Below are positions 13,389 to 27,065 of a DNA stretch of 64,000 nt, piece by piece. The DNA is taken from NCBI GenBank assembly GCA_013265495.1, contig MU058844.1, positions 8,307,260 through 8,371,259 on the forward strand, read 5' to 3'. Source of the stretch: Vicugna vicugna. Lineage: Eukaryota. How positions within the stretch are numbered: the stretch's first letter is position 1; each line of letters begins with the position of its first letter. Both the position numbers and the translations under genes were made by a program. The notes under the pieces are model-generated. The model did not search any database and was not told where the DNA came from. It was given only the letters and a program-made list of their open reading frames with translations.

Positions 13389-13881
13389 TGTAGGGAAGGA
13401 AAAAATTTCCTTGACCTTCTTGGGGTATGAAAATGAAACTGACAGAGACAGATTAACAGGAGGAAAGGATAAAAAATTATGTTTTATGTGACATAGGAGA
13501 CTTCATAGGAAGTGAGGACCCACAGAAAAATTTAGACCTGAGCGTTTACGTTGGTTTGATGACGAGAGGGCAGTCATGGAGGAATAGGGTAGCTTAAAGA
13601 GTAAGAGGGAAGTACAGTGAACTGGCGATACTCATCAAGGCCTGTTTGCTTAGATTCTTCTCAGTCCTTTGTTTTTGGAGATAAGGATGCTTCTTTCCTC
13701 TGGAGATATGAAAAGCACCTTTTACCTGAGAGTTTTATGACCAGTTTCAGGTGAGACGGAGTGGGGAAGGTCACACTGACCTTCTTGCTTCTGCTGTTTT
13801 CTCAGACGTTTTCATTCTAAAATCTTCAGTGAAATGCCAGGGTGCCATGTTTTGGCCTAGCATGCCCAGAACCCCAGATCA
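13389..13881 (-). mobile_element. ERV1-class solo LTR (MER34/MER39-like)
   Basis: TG...CA termini; minus strand begins TGATCTGGGGTTCTGGGCATGCTAGGCCAAAACATGGCACCCTGGCAT...GAGAAAACAGCAGAAGCAAGAAGGTCA, as in MER39/MER34-group LTRs. Confidence 0.72.
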
Positions 13882-15871
13882 GCTAGTAGAACACGTACAC
13901 ACTTAAAATAACAATGACGAACATTCTAGAACATTCTAAAATTACGATGCTGGTCGTCTCCATCAGTTAAAATGGTACCTCATTTTAAAATGTGACCCAC
14001 TAATAGAGACCACCACCATGATCATTTGTTGCCAGTCTTTTTGAAGCTGACTTCAGAATAAAGCTTCTTCCATCACTGTTTATAAATATATCATGACTGA
14101 GGAGGTTGCAGCATGCTGTGCTGGTCTTCTATCTGAAATATAGATCTGCAGGCCCAAAGACAGAACTGTACCAGTGAGTGCAGTAGTCAGTACATGTGCT
14201 CAGGTCTTGAATAATTTCCAGGTCAGGCGACTCACATCACAGTTAGGTGCATCTGTTCACCTATCTTTTCTCATGCGATAATATTCACTCCTGTAAATCA
14301 CAATGAATCCCCCACCACGCTTTTCTATGTATCAGAAATATTTTCCAGTGTTCATTTTAGGTTTTGGCTGTTTCAAGGGAAGTAAGCAATCGGTAATTAT
14401 AGCAAGTTGTTAGATTCTGAAATAAACAGTTTATGGATATTAAATTCTGAAGTAAAATGACTGGCTGAAAAAGGACTTTAAGATTTTTTTTAAAAACTGT
14501 TAGTGAGATTAGGAAAAAAACCAGGAAAATGACGTTACACATTTCTGTCTTCTTAATTTTAAACACTTGTATTTACCTTTGAGGTAGATCACCCATTTAT
14601 TTTTGGGGGTAAAAACACACACACTACAATGGGCTTTTTAGTGATGAAATTGTGAAACTCAATCCCTCAGAGCACCCTGACGACAGGGAAATTACCTGAA
14701 TGCAGATGTTTCAGGTCAAAGTCATTTGTTCTGTTTAGAAATGTAAATTGAGTACCTTTTAGCAGAACCTGGCCTCTGTGGATTTGGTTGTCTCTGGGAG
14801 AAGTGCTCATTTTAAAAAAATTCCCAGTGCTATAGATTATTGCTTAGTCTCAGAGTTGTGGGTGTTCTCCTTCCGGCAACTGTTTACAGGAAATCTGCAA
14901 CGGAGGTCACAGGGAGTGCTGGAAACCGCAGCCGGCAGAAAGCTTACTCCGGAGGACACCTGGACAGAAGAACTTGATTCTTCATTTGAGTAACTTGGCC
15001 CAGGACAGTGGACCCTATTGTTCTTTTGAGTCATAGGACCACACCCTTGTGGATGAGTTTCCTTAAAAGTTCCTTAATCAATGTTCCCACTGTCCTTCAC
15101 ACAGAGAAAGGTTAGCATGAGGACAGGAAGTGAAGCAAGCCTTAGTGTGAAGTGGGGTCTGAGAAAAGCATTTCTCTCCCGGGCATACTGGCAGTTTTGT
15201 CTAGATTCCTGAAGTGTGGAATGAAGTCTGATTGCTTAAGAGTTCAAAACAAAACTGTGGAGTCAAAGGAATCTTGATCTGCTACTTAAGAATACATGGC
15301 TGAACTGTGCTGCTCTGAGATCTGTACACCAGGGCTGGTCCAAGAAGTGTGTGCTATCCGCTACTGCCTGAGAAAGTACAGGAATGTAGAATCAGAAATG
15401 TTTAGAGCAGGTTGATAGAGAAATTTTATGTTAAATAAATTGGGGGTTGTAATTTTATGGCTTTTTTTATTTCATGTTTACTTCTATTACATTTTATAAA
15501 GGTTTGGTCAATGACAGACTAGAAATAAAAATAAAATGGTTCTTTACCACAGATAGTTTGAGAGCACTTGCATTAAACTCTTTATTGAATTTTCTTATCA
15601 GAGAAATAGCATAGAATTATTGATTTATTGTAAATAAGGAATGTTTGGAAAGCGCTGAGCCTGACACCTAGTAGCCATTCAACAGACTAGTTGTAACATA
15701 CACAGTTTATTGCTCTTTAAGTTGGGTCTTAAAGAAAGAGGAGGAACTCAAAGGCGAAGGCTAATGAGCAGCACCAGGAAATTGAAAAATATGGATTTAT
15801 GAATTTATGAAAGGGTATTGTTAACCTGGCTGAAAATTTAAATGTGCAGGTAAAAGCCCCAAAAACTAAAA

Positions 15872-16075
15872 TACAGTTGACTTGAACAACAGAGGCTTAA
15901 ACTGCACAAACCCATTGATATGTGGATATTTTTCCATGGTAAATACCATGGTGTTACACAATTCATGGAATGTTTAATCCTCAGACACAGAGGAACCTTG
16001 GATACAAAGGGCCAACTGTCAGTTATACTTATATTTTCGAGTGTATGGAGGGTCAGCACCCCTAACTGCTTTGCG
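15872..16075 (+). mobile_element. TcMar-Tigger DNA transposon relic (Tigger2-like)
   Basis: Starts TA-CAGTTGACTTGAACAACA...AACTGCAC; contains GGAGGGTCAGCACCCCTAAC. Confidence 0.72.
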
Positions 16076-19000
16076 TCCATTACATACAAGTCCTGGGGTT
16101 TGATAAATAGTCTCAATTAATAGTCAGGCCTATTCTCCTTTAAAATTATTTTCAAGGTCCTCAAAATTCCAATATATATGACTTTAATATTTGACCTAAT
16201 TTTAGTTCTGGAAGTATGACCATGCAATATAATTGGCAGTATTCGACATTCTCACACTGGTGAGATTCAAATGTATAAGATATGAGCATTAGAGTTGACT
16301 TTTATAAGATGCTCCATGTATCTACATGCAAAACCAAATTTGTTTAAAGATTATAAAGGAACTATTGTAGGCATTTAAGAAGATTAAATTTTTATAAGCA
16401 CTCTATGATACTTTTCATGTAATCAATACTTTTCATTACAAACACTCATAAACTGTGGACCTCTTTTTAACCTCTGCATGGAAGAATGTTGTTGTTCATT
16501 ACATTAAGTGAGAAGGTACCCTTGAAGGTAAAAAATCTGTCTTTATAGATATCCATTAATCACTGTTCCTTCATAGAACCATTCAGAATAATGCAGGTGC
16601 TCTCATGCTTTAGGAAGGGGCTCAATAACATCTTACTTTTCGTTATTCATATGTCACAACACACCCATGATGTAGGAAATACGCTACAATTCTCTGCATT
16701 CATAATACTGTTGAATGACAAGTACAGACCATAATGAGTTAATAGCAGAAACTGCATTAAAACATTGAATTCTTCATTCTTTCCTATTTTCCCTTTTCCT
16801 GCTGAGACAGCTTGCCTACAATTTTTGTAGGCAGGTTTGTGCTGTTATTTGCACTCTCCACCCCGCTACCTTTTACTTTAGACTTTCATTCCTCTGAAAC
16901 ACATTCTCATCTCATTTTTAACTAAAAACAAATGAGTCTTTCATTCTTGTTAATGAGTTATGGTCTTTGGCTTTAATGTTAGAAAGTGATCTTTTTTAAA
17001 AAAAAAATTTTCTAACAGCAGCACAAAGGACCTATTAGCAGTGGTTGGGAGTATGGTCCCCTTCCATGACTGTCACGGTTGTGTTATTTGATGGTGTGGA
17101 ATTGGCATTGTTTTCCTGACAAAATGCGTGTTGCAGATGGTGGACAGCCAAATCTTGTTGAAATGCACAATTGTAAGATGGGCCGAGTCCTGAAAAGCCC
17201 TCAGCCAGTGCAGAGAAGTGGTTATATTATTTTACTGGGGAGGAGAAAAAAAGGTTGTGATTTGGGCCCTGAATGACTTGAATGATAAATCAGAAGCTCC
17301 TTCTCATCTGTTAACTACAATTTGTCAGGGAGATTTTGCTGGACACAAAATTGCAAATTGTCTGCTGAATTAAAGGGTATGAAAATTAAAGTGGCCAATT
17401 AAATGCAAATCATCCTGATCTCAGGACAGGTACTGACTGACCTAATAGGTAAGCTGTGCTTTGATGATTACAGCAGTCATTGCTCTTTTAATTCAGAATG
17501 GAATTCAAACAGACATCATAAACAATGACTTGTGCGGTGAACCAGCCAGCTCCCTGCTGACCCTTATATTTGCTGTTCCCCTGCTTGAAAATAAGCTTCT
17601 TTTGTAGTTTTGCCTGGCCAGCTCCTTCTCAACATTCTAGCTTCAGCCCAAATCTCTCCTCTCTGAGAAGGCCTTTCCTCTCCATCTTCTCTAAAATAGC
17701 ATTCCCTGCCCACCACTCAAAAAAAAAAAAAGTTTTATTTTAGTCATAGCTCCTACCACCAAATGATAGTATCTCATTCATAAAATTGATTCCTCACTAT
17801 TGTCTGTTTCTACAGAACAAACACTTCTGAGAGTAGGGGTCGTATTTGCGTGTTCACTGTTTCCAGTCCATGCTTCTGTACGTGCTCAATACGTTTGCAT
17901 GACCAAGTGAAATAAAAATTTTTAATGGGGTGTGTACGAAATCCCTTTAAAACAAAAATGACCCCCATGTCATTTTTAACCAGGCCCCAAAAGCCATTGA
18001 TTTATTATAAAGCTTTATCGTAGAACCATAAGTGTTCTAAAACCATGCCCTCCTCCTACCAGTTGATGTGAAAAAAGAAATATATATATATATATATAAT
18101 GTATACATATACATATTTCGAACTTGGTTTAAAAGGATTGTTATCAGAAAAAAAAAAAGAGCTTTCTATAAATAGGCACACGGAAAGAAATCCATTGACC
18201 ATAATGCATAACTATATAGTTGTTTTCCATTTGTTGTTTTTCTCTAGTTGGGAATTTAAGCAAGAATAATATCATTAATACAAAGCTGTGAGGGGATTTG
18301 GGGATACCATTATCATATCATACAGCTCTCTATATAGTATTCCTTTTCTCAGTAGCTAGTGTTTGCTCTCAGTCAAACCCTGTTATTCAATCTCTTTAGC
18401 CTACATTTAATCCTTATTGCTCCTTCTTTCATAAAAAGAGAAAAATCAATTTTCTATTATGTTTGTTAAATAGGTAGAGTAAGACTGCAGTGGGTACGGC
18501 AAGAAAAGCAACTGATAATTATTTGCTGAGTTGTTCAGCTTAATATGTTAAAGGGAAACTATGAATACGATAATAAATTGCCACTTGGTCTCCATTAGTA
18601 CTTCTGTTTATCCCGAACACCGCAAAACACATGTGTTTATTTGAATGTTAAAAATTTTAAAGCAATTTTTTAGAGGAAGCAGACATATTTAAATATATTT
18701 ACAAATTACGTTTTGAATTTTAATGTGTCCCCTGTACACGAGTTGGAAAACAAAATGAGTATAGGCACCAAAACAGATTAAATTAGCCCAAGGAATCTGG
18801 CATTTGAAGCTGAGGTTATCTCTGCCCACCATTCACATATAGCACTCCCAAGGTACCTATGTTCAAGGATCTGTCATTCTCGTGCTTTGGTTTATTCAGA
18901 AACTGAAGCTTATATAATTTTAATGTTCAAGGATTTATACTGTTCATTTCTCCTAAGTTCTGGAAAACAACACAATGCAGGATCTATTACGTCATCTTGC

Positions 19001-19617
19001 CATTCGATAACCACACTTTCCTTTTTCTAACAGAGAAAAACTGCCCATCTACAAGGAGAAACTAGGCAGGGGACATTTGTATGCATTTATTTTATGCACC
19101 TGTTAAACATCCATTATGGGCAGATTACTGGATAGTCACTCGAATACAAAGAGTTATGAAAAACAGATCGCTATGTTTAGAGCTTAAAGGCAAAGGAGAT
19201 GATGACCTATCTGTGAACCCACTGACAACATATGTGATGCTGAGGGAAAGGGCCCAAAAGTTTTTCTCACAGGAAACTTTATGAGACAGTGGCGTTTCCA
19301 TAAGTGACCCATACACGCATATAAGTGTCTTCCAGGATTAAGTAAGTAGGACGAGGAAAGAGCGTGCACATGGGACTCATTTGAAGGGCACGATGAAACT
19401 TCTTTATAATGATAGCCTGCCTATTATTAAAGCTTGGGCAGCATTAAACACACTTATAAAACGTGGCTACAACTAAAAGAGGCTAGAGTTATCGTCACTG
19501 TGCTCAGCCTGTTAAATAAGATATACTGTGTCTTCTCAGCATCTTTATCCACACGACTAGGGGGAATGAAAGCAAAGAGAGCCAGTAAAATTTGCACAGT
19601 GTCCTGAAATTCAAGAC

Positions 19618-19969
19618 TGTAAAAAAATTAATAAACAGAAACTCAAATCAAATACAGTTGGGACACCAAACGGGGGAGCTCTCACATCCTGTGAGGACAG
19701 CAGAGCCCAACAGGAAGAAGAAAGACTCTTCTTTCCTGGCCAGGAGTCAGCCAATGAAAAGCCATGGACTCTTTGTTTGCCATATCCCTCCTAACTTTTG
19801 TTCCGTTCTATAAAAGCGTTCTCCTTTTCTTGTCATGGAAGATGGGGGAGGTAGGGTGGGACTTGCAGGTGGTTCCCCATGGTTGTAGACCCCAAATTGC
19901 AATTTTGATCTTGAATAAACCCATCTTTGCTAGAGAACTATCTAACAGTCTATTTATTTCAGGTCAAGA
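19618..19969 (+). mobile_element. ERV1-class solo LTR with CCAAT, TATA and polyA signal
   Basis: Starts TGT; ordered CCAAT (~19751), TATAAAAG (~19809) and AATAAA (~19913), as in U3-R-U5. Confidence 0.65.
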
Positions 19970-20184
19970 TCAAGCTTTGCTGGGGCAAGGTTAGAAAACA
20001 AACTTCTGGTGTCTTGCTTAGCACTGGCCCTACCATAAAGCATACCTAGGAGACCAACCTGGTTATTTCCAACTCTGGTGCCTCTAGCAGCCAGAGACAG
20101 ACTGTCACCAGAAAGCAAGCTGGTAGGGGGGAAAAACAGGAAGAATCTATTGTCTTCAGTCAATCCCCAAATCATACTTATGAC

Positions 20185-20362
20185 CAGTGCTCCCTACCCT
20201 GGTTGTATACTGGAAAAAGCTAGAAAACTAGTTTAAAATACTGATGCCTGAGCTCCATCCCAAAGATTCTGAATTGAATTGCTTTGAGGTAGGGCCTGGG
20301 ACATTGACTGGCGCTGGCTTCCCCAGGGGATTCTAATATGCAGGTAAGACGGTTAATCACTG
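20185..20362. mobile_element. hAT-Charlie MITE (MER5A)
   Basis: CAGTG...CACTG termini; ATACTGATGCCTG, AGATTCTGAATT, CCCCAGGGGATTCTAATATGCAG. Confidence 0.78.
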
Positions 20363-21532
20363 TTCTAGGCAAAGAAGTGAGACTGACATTCCCAAGTAAA
20401 GGCATTAGGCCAAGACTTGCCCTTTTGAAAATCCTTTCAAACTATTATTTCATGACTTTCCCTAAGGAATACTACCCTTGATATTTATTTAAATCTGATT
20501 TTGTATAAGTAAAAGTGCTCAAGGCTTTGGGAGTAGAGGTAGCGGGGAATAATTGTGTCATACACACTGGACTTCACAACCAAATGGTAAATGCACTTTT
20601 GACCAAAGTTCCCAACTTGGAACAAATCAGGCTGTTAGCTATTTAAGGTTGGAAAGTGATAAAGGACATGGAACTAAATGTATTGCAGGAACTGCACATT
20701 TTCATGTTTATGAAATAAATGAATAACCAGCAAAAAATCTTGGTGTGTGCATTTATTTTGGTCTGTCAGAGAAAAAGAATGTCTTCATTATCAAACAGGC
20801 CTTGGTGTTAAGTGTCTTGGAGCCTCTGGGACTGTTCTAGATATTAGAAGTCTTCAGTAAAATCATAAATGAAAAACACATTGTATCACACAGAGTCTGG
20901 ACGTTCCAAGCACATATGTCAATAATCTTGACCAAATCCTTAGAAAAGAAAAACTGCAACTAGATTTTCAAGATGCCTAGATCTAGGGGTCTGGGAAGAA
21001 TTAGTAGACAGTGAGGTGAACAAGAGTAGTTGTGTGTAGTAACAGCCAGAGCTCACTCTTGTCTAGCTGGCCACCATAGGTCAGCTCGACCGCTGCACGT
21101 TGGGTTGTCACTTTTGATTCTTTATTTGCAAAGGTGGACAAGCCAGGTACACATATTCCAAATTTTGAGAATTATCAGAGAGTCCCAACCCCAAGTCTCC
21201 ACATTTGCCTTGTTGTAGTGCCGAAAATCCCCAACAGTGTACAACAGAAGGGTTGGCAATCAGGTTTTGTTTCAGGATCTGCTGCAAACCAGCTGAAGAA
21301 AATTGGGCAAGTTGTTTAAACTCTTGAGTGTCAGTTTCCTCAAATGTAAGATGACACTGCTTTTTTAAAAGCCCTGCCACACCTAACTCCCAAGTTTATG
21401 ATAAGAAAGATTATAATTTGTTTGGAAGAAATGTAGTGTGCAAAGTACTGTGTGATGGGGGAATACTGGCATTTTTAAAATATCAGCTTTATAAACTTGC
21501 CTTTGAAGAACTACCATGAAAACAGTAACTAA

Positions 21533-22012
21533 GTCACCAGTTATCTAATGCTGCATAACAATTATCCCCAAACTTTATTATACTCATAAAATCTCAGGAT
21601 TAGGAATTTGAGAAGGGCTCAGCCAGGTACTTCTTATTTATGATTTCTCATGGTTACAATTAGACTTCTTTTGAAGCTTAGTCAGTCATCTGAAGACATG
21701 ACTGGGCCTGGAGAATTTACTCAAGGTGATTCATCCCAGGGCTGGCAAGCTGGCACTGGCTGTTGGCCTCAGCCCCTCTCCATATGGGCCACTGGGCTGC
21801 TTGAGTGTCCTGACACAATGACAGTTGGCATCCACATAGCAAGCAATCCAAGAAACCATGGTGAAGTTGCATTACTACTTATGGCCTAATCTTGGAAGTG
21901 ACACACAATCACTTCCACTTTGAACTCTGATTCAAAGCAGATGGTACTACACAAAAGTGTAAATCCCAGTAGATGAAAATCATTGAGGGCACTCTAGGAG
22001 GCTTACTACCAA
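21533..22012 (-). mobile_element. MaLR solo LTR (MLT1E/F/G-like)
   Basis: CAGTTATCTAATGCTGCATAACAATTATCCCCAAAC...GGAATTTGAGAAGGGCTCAGC...GGGCTGCTTGAGTGTCCT. Confidence 0.7.
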
Positions 22013-22414
22013 CACTTAGCTATTTATATTTCTCTAGTGGGTAGATTATCAGGTGTTCTCAAATGGAGTTTGGTAGGGAAAAGAGAAAGAAAATTCAAAC
22101 TATGAAATCTGCCCAAAGTAAGACTTGTAGGTGCTGTCACAGCACATAACACAAGTCAAGAGGATTCCTAGAAGAGAGGGCATACCAAAGTGTGGAAAAC
22201 CATGAATAAAAAGATGGAGGACTAGTAGAAATAGCCTACACTATAATACATGATTTTTTGAGGCTAGTCCAGCTCAAAAACAGCTAAAAAGTAGTCCATG
22301 TTCAAAGATCTTATAATCATATTGGGCCTCTAATCAAAGAGAAAATATTCATTAAATAAACAATTAGCTATCTTTTTAAAATAGCATATGCAGTAAATAT
22401 TTGATTAAGCAGGC

Positions 22415-22740
22415 TGTGCTAATGATTTGACTATTCTCAAAACAATTATCTACCCTTCCTTTGCTTTGCTCTGAATTGCAGGCAACTGAACTCTGCCAGT
22501 CATATTTCTCAGACTCCCTTGCCTACGACTTCTGACTGCTTTCTACCAGTGGGAGGCGTTGGCTGGAGACTGGAGTGTGGGACAAAGAAGCCAGGGTATT
22601 TTTTCCCATTTCTCTCTACTCCAGGTAGCATCTCCGGCAATAACTGCATCTTTTCCATATTTCCAACTCTCACCGGACAGCCACTCCCTCTGCGGTACTA
22701 GTTCCTGTTGCACAGGCTCTGTCAAGGAGCAGTTCTCATA
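22415..22740 (+). mobile_element. ERVL-class LTR remnant (LTR33/LTR16-like)
   Basis: ATTTCTCAGACTCCCTTGC...CCAGTGGGAGGCGTTGGCTGGAGACTGGAG...AGAAGCCAGGGTATTT. Confidence 0.5.
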
Positions 22741-22759
22741 AGGCAACATTAACTCTTTG

Positions 22760-23198
22760 TCATTTGTACAGCCATGGCCAAGATTAAGGCTTGACTTTCA
22801 CGGCAAGAAGGAGGAGGAGCTGCTGAAACAACTGGAGGACCTGAAGGTGGAGCTTTCCCAGCTGCGCGTCGCTGAAGTGACAGGCAGCGCGGCTCCCAAG
22901 CTCTCCAAGATCCGAGTTGTTTGCAAATCCATTGCTCATGTTCTCACCATCATTAACCAGACTCAAAAAGAGAACCTCAGGCAATTCTACAAGGGCAAGA
23001 AGTACAAGACCCTGGATCTGCTGCCCAAGAAAATGCATGCCATGCACCGCCGGCTCAACAAGCTCAAAGAGAACCCAAAGACCAAGAAGCAGCAGCGGAA
23101 CGAGCGGCTGTACCCACTGCGGAAGCACAGGGTCAAGACCGGAGCATCTGGACGTCAACAAAACAAACAAACTGGCCAAAAAAACAAACCAAAAAAAA
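22760..23198 (+). pseudogene. RPL35: Processed pseudogene of 60S ribosomal protein L35
   Basis: GCCATGGCCAAGATTAAGGCT (ATG 22774, MAKIKA), then TGA and a 2-nt frameshift; continues [28 protein letters not shown]...[14 protein letters not shown]; intronless; stop codon lost; degenerate A-rich tail to ~23198. Confidence 0.96.
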
Positions 23199-24424
23199 TT
23201 CAAGAGCACAAAAAGATGAGAAATTTACTTTTTATAATGGAACATCCAGTTTGGCTAGAATACTAGAAGAAAAAGCTAGAATAGTAGGCTGGGTCCAAAG
23301 AATAAAAGAATGTAAGTAATACTTTTGAGTCCCAGGTCCTACTTTTCATACAACCATGACTTATAACTAGTGCAGCAGTGACACTTCTGATTTATGTGAG
23401 AAAACAGTAGGGCCTTTGTTTTGTTTCCTACCCAATCTGACATGCCTAGTAATGTTCTTGGCATAGTAGGTACTCAGTAAATGTCCGTCAAATGAATTAA
23501 TGAGGCACAGTCTTCATATCACAGTTCACAGGAAGGATAAAACTATTTACTCATTCATATAAGATCAGGCACATCCTAAGAGAAGGGCATTATTTAAACG
23601 TCTTCTACAAACATTTCACAAGAACAAAGCACAGCATTAGAAAAACACTTTAACTACATTATCAAGATAACTGCCAACACCTCTCAAAATGTGAACTTCG
23701 AAGCATATGAGTCTGCAAGATAGGGGAGATTATTTAGTGCAGTTCTTTCTTAGCACAGTCTGGGCTTGGGTTCAACAGGATTCAACACTTATTTATCCCT
23801 TAAAAAATGTTCATACTAAAATGTGGCCCTAAGCAGGGGTTAATGGATCTTCAAACTGGAATGTCCTTCCAAACTTACACAGCTGCTCTGAGTAAGAACA
23901 CCAGACTCCCAGATGCCAGGCTTGTGTGACAGCACTCTGGCACCAGCTGAGTTTGCTATTCATTATTCCATTGTCTCACAACACACCCGGAAAACAAAGC
24001 CCTATAGATGGTTAGTTGTTTTCCTGGCTTGTGAAAGAGCACGGGCCCAAAGGGCAGCGCCTGGAAGAAAGCCACCTGTGGGTAGGGACTTTTAATTGAA
24101 ACTTCAAATACACTTTCGAGCTCTGGAACGCCACTTCTTGGAGCTATTGCTACTCTTCCACGCTGGGCACATCCTTACCCTGCCTTGCGTAAGGATACAC
24201 GGCAGCCTGGTAAGTGCGGCAACAGGGAGACAGTAACAAATCCTACCTTTGGAAAAAGTGCTTCTGACCATGGACATTTGCTCTGAGCCCATCCATTTCA
24301 GTTAGTGAGATTTCATTTCCTACTATGTCTATTTTTAATAAGCAGCTAAAAACCTAACAATGAACCTGAGGAAAGTTGGCATTCTTTGTAGTGGGAATGT
24401 CCCTTCTTCAAACGTTATTTCAAA

Positions 24425-24427
<3 letters not shown>

Positions 24428-24455
<28 letters not shown>
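24428..24455 (+). repeat. (GT)14 microsatellite
   Basis: Directly visible. Confidence 0.95.
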
Positions 24456-24458
<3 letters not shown>

Positions 24459-25042
24459 AACCAGACTTTTCATCATAAGGGAATCTGATCTTTAGAGTGT
24501 CCTTGACACTCTGGAAAGAGACAGACAGACAGACAGAGACAGAAAAAAGGTTACACTGGTAAAGTGTGAAAAAGGGAGAAGGAACAGTTTGTATGATGAT
24601 TGCTTACTAACCTGTTGCCAGAGTTCTACATTGCAGCACTTGGAAAACAAAGTTTATTTTGTTTCCTATGAATGAGTGGAGACCATAGACATGATAATAG
24701 AAAAATAGTAACACTCTAGGGATAGAGCTGAGAAGATATTTTTACTTCCTACTCTTCCCTAAGAGCTAAGGATTTTACTTGTCAATGGTAATGTTTGGTT
24801 TAGCAGCGAAGAAAACACTCAGATGTCATGCTGAGAATGGGTCCTGGTGGGATTGGGACTAGAGCCCTCAGCTAGGATTCTGGAAATCCAGAATGTTATA
24901 GAAACCATGATCACGGCCACAAGGACCAAGTGACCATCAGTTATCACATATGATCCTAATTAAAACTTTAAGTATCTGAGATTCATCTGAGGAGGACTTT
25001 TGTGTTATGTAATCCCTAGAGCTATTTCTGTTCAACTTCTTT

Positions 25043-25614
<572 letters not shown>

Positions 25615-26359
25615 TCTGTTCAACTTCTTTCCGTAATATATGAAGATAAGTAGAATCTCAAAAATGATTCCCTGTTCAACATAACAGACACTCCCAAGCA
25701 TAGTGGGTAGAATATGTCTAATTATCAACATGAGCCCTCTCAAAGCATGGGCGAGATTTGATTTATAAACAGAAGAAAGAAGGTGTAGTTTGTCAAACTT
25801 AAAAATTTTTACATCCATAGCAACAGTGTGTGTGTGATTATCTTAGATCTTGGTAAATTGTTTCAGTGTATGTAGTTTGCTCAAAGCACCTTTAGTATTA
25901 ATTTCTGTAAGGAAACTAACATGGGATACAAATATTGGGAATAGTTTACAGCAATCTTAAAAAGTTTCTAGTTGTAATGTTCGTCAGCAAAAAATACGAT
26001 TTAATTCTGATTTAAAATCTATCGCTGATTTTTTTCTATTTATCCTCCTTTGTCCCATTGTGCTACCAATACTATATTTGTTTATTATTCTTGTTTTATT
26101 ATGACCTCATTTTTTGGTAAAAACTGTGTTTGCTCATCATTTTTGAAAACTTGAAGCAATACAGACAAGTCCCACTAAAGATTTTTAAAATCCCATTACC
26201 TAGAAATAATCATTGTGAATATTGAAATGGGCTTAATTTTACCATCTCTCATGTGTGGTAAAGAAAAACAAATATATCAATTTATTATTTCTAAATTAAT
26301 TAGAAGTGTTCAAAGCTGAATTTCCCAGATGCTAAGATAGAATATAGGGAGCAACATAT

Positions 26360-26690
26360 TTCTGAGGGATCACCACTCATGAAGGGAAGCAGCAGAGGGA
26401 GCAGTCAAGCTGTGATGGAGGCCCAGGAAAGTCCCTGGCCAATCCAGCAGGGAACCCCGGGCAGGTAGGGCCTGTGGCTGGTCCTGCATGGAGCCCCATG
26501 AGCCCACTTGGTCAGAGGATGCCCACTGGCCCCTGAGAGACTGTGACACAGGCACAAGATTTCCATGCCACTGTGGCTCCCCTCAAAGGAGCTGGGGGCC
26601 TCAGTCGCTCACTGGGCAGTGAGTCCTTCCTTGGAGGAGGATCTGGGCAGAACACCTCCATGCCCACTGCAGCAGGAGTCTATTCCGGTC
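26360..26690 (-). mobile_element. ERVL-class LTR remnant (LTR16-like)
   Basis: GC-rich block GAAGGGAAGCAGCAGAGGGAGCAGTCAAGCTGTGATG...CCTCAGTCGCTCACTGGGC resembling antisense LTR16. Confidence 0.45.
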
Positions 26691-26970
26691 TACATTCACA
26701 GAAACATGGCCAAAGACCCAACTCCTCTAGTGCTGATATCAAGTCCAAGAATTGAAACATCTTCAACAGGTAACTTACGTAACATGAAACAAAGTACATT
26801 TAGATTTGCTCTCACATCATCCCTCTAGCCGAACAATTGCTTTAGTAACCTGATTGCCTTGTAGTTTTAGAAATGAATCTGTCATTGTGGCATATGGAAG
26901 TTTCTTTATTAACTATCTGCTAATTCCTATTTGTAAGTATTGCTTATGCTACATAAAATATAGATTCAAG

Positions 26971-27065
26971 GTGGGGAGGGTATAGCTCAATGGTAGAGCA
27001 TGTGCTTAGCATGCATGAGGTCCTGGGTTAAGTCCCAGTACTTTCACGAACAAAGCAAACAAAGC
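26971..27065 (+). mobile_element. tRNA-Ala-derived SINE (camelid Vic-1-like)
   Basis: GGGGAGGGTATAGCTCAATGGTAGAGCATGTGCTTAGCATGCATGAGGTCCTGGGTT with A/B-box remnants, A-rich tail and TSD core ATAGATTCA at 26960-26968 and 27066-27074. Confidence 0.85.

Noticed and set aside
22757..23266. 169-aa ORF as a functional extended RPL35
   Set aside because: It starts at TTG; the authentic ATG (22774) is in another frame and hits TGA at codon 7; the C-terminal extension is translated polyA tail
26971..27045. Functional tRNA-Ala gene
   Set aside because: Degenerate T-arm/B box (GGTTAAGTCC), acceptor stem does not pair, and the A tail plus TSD indicate a SINE
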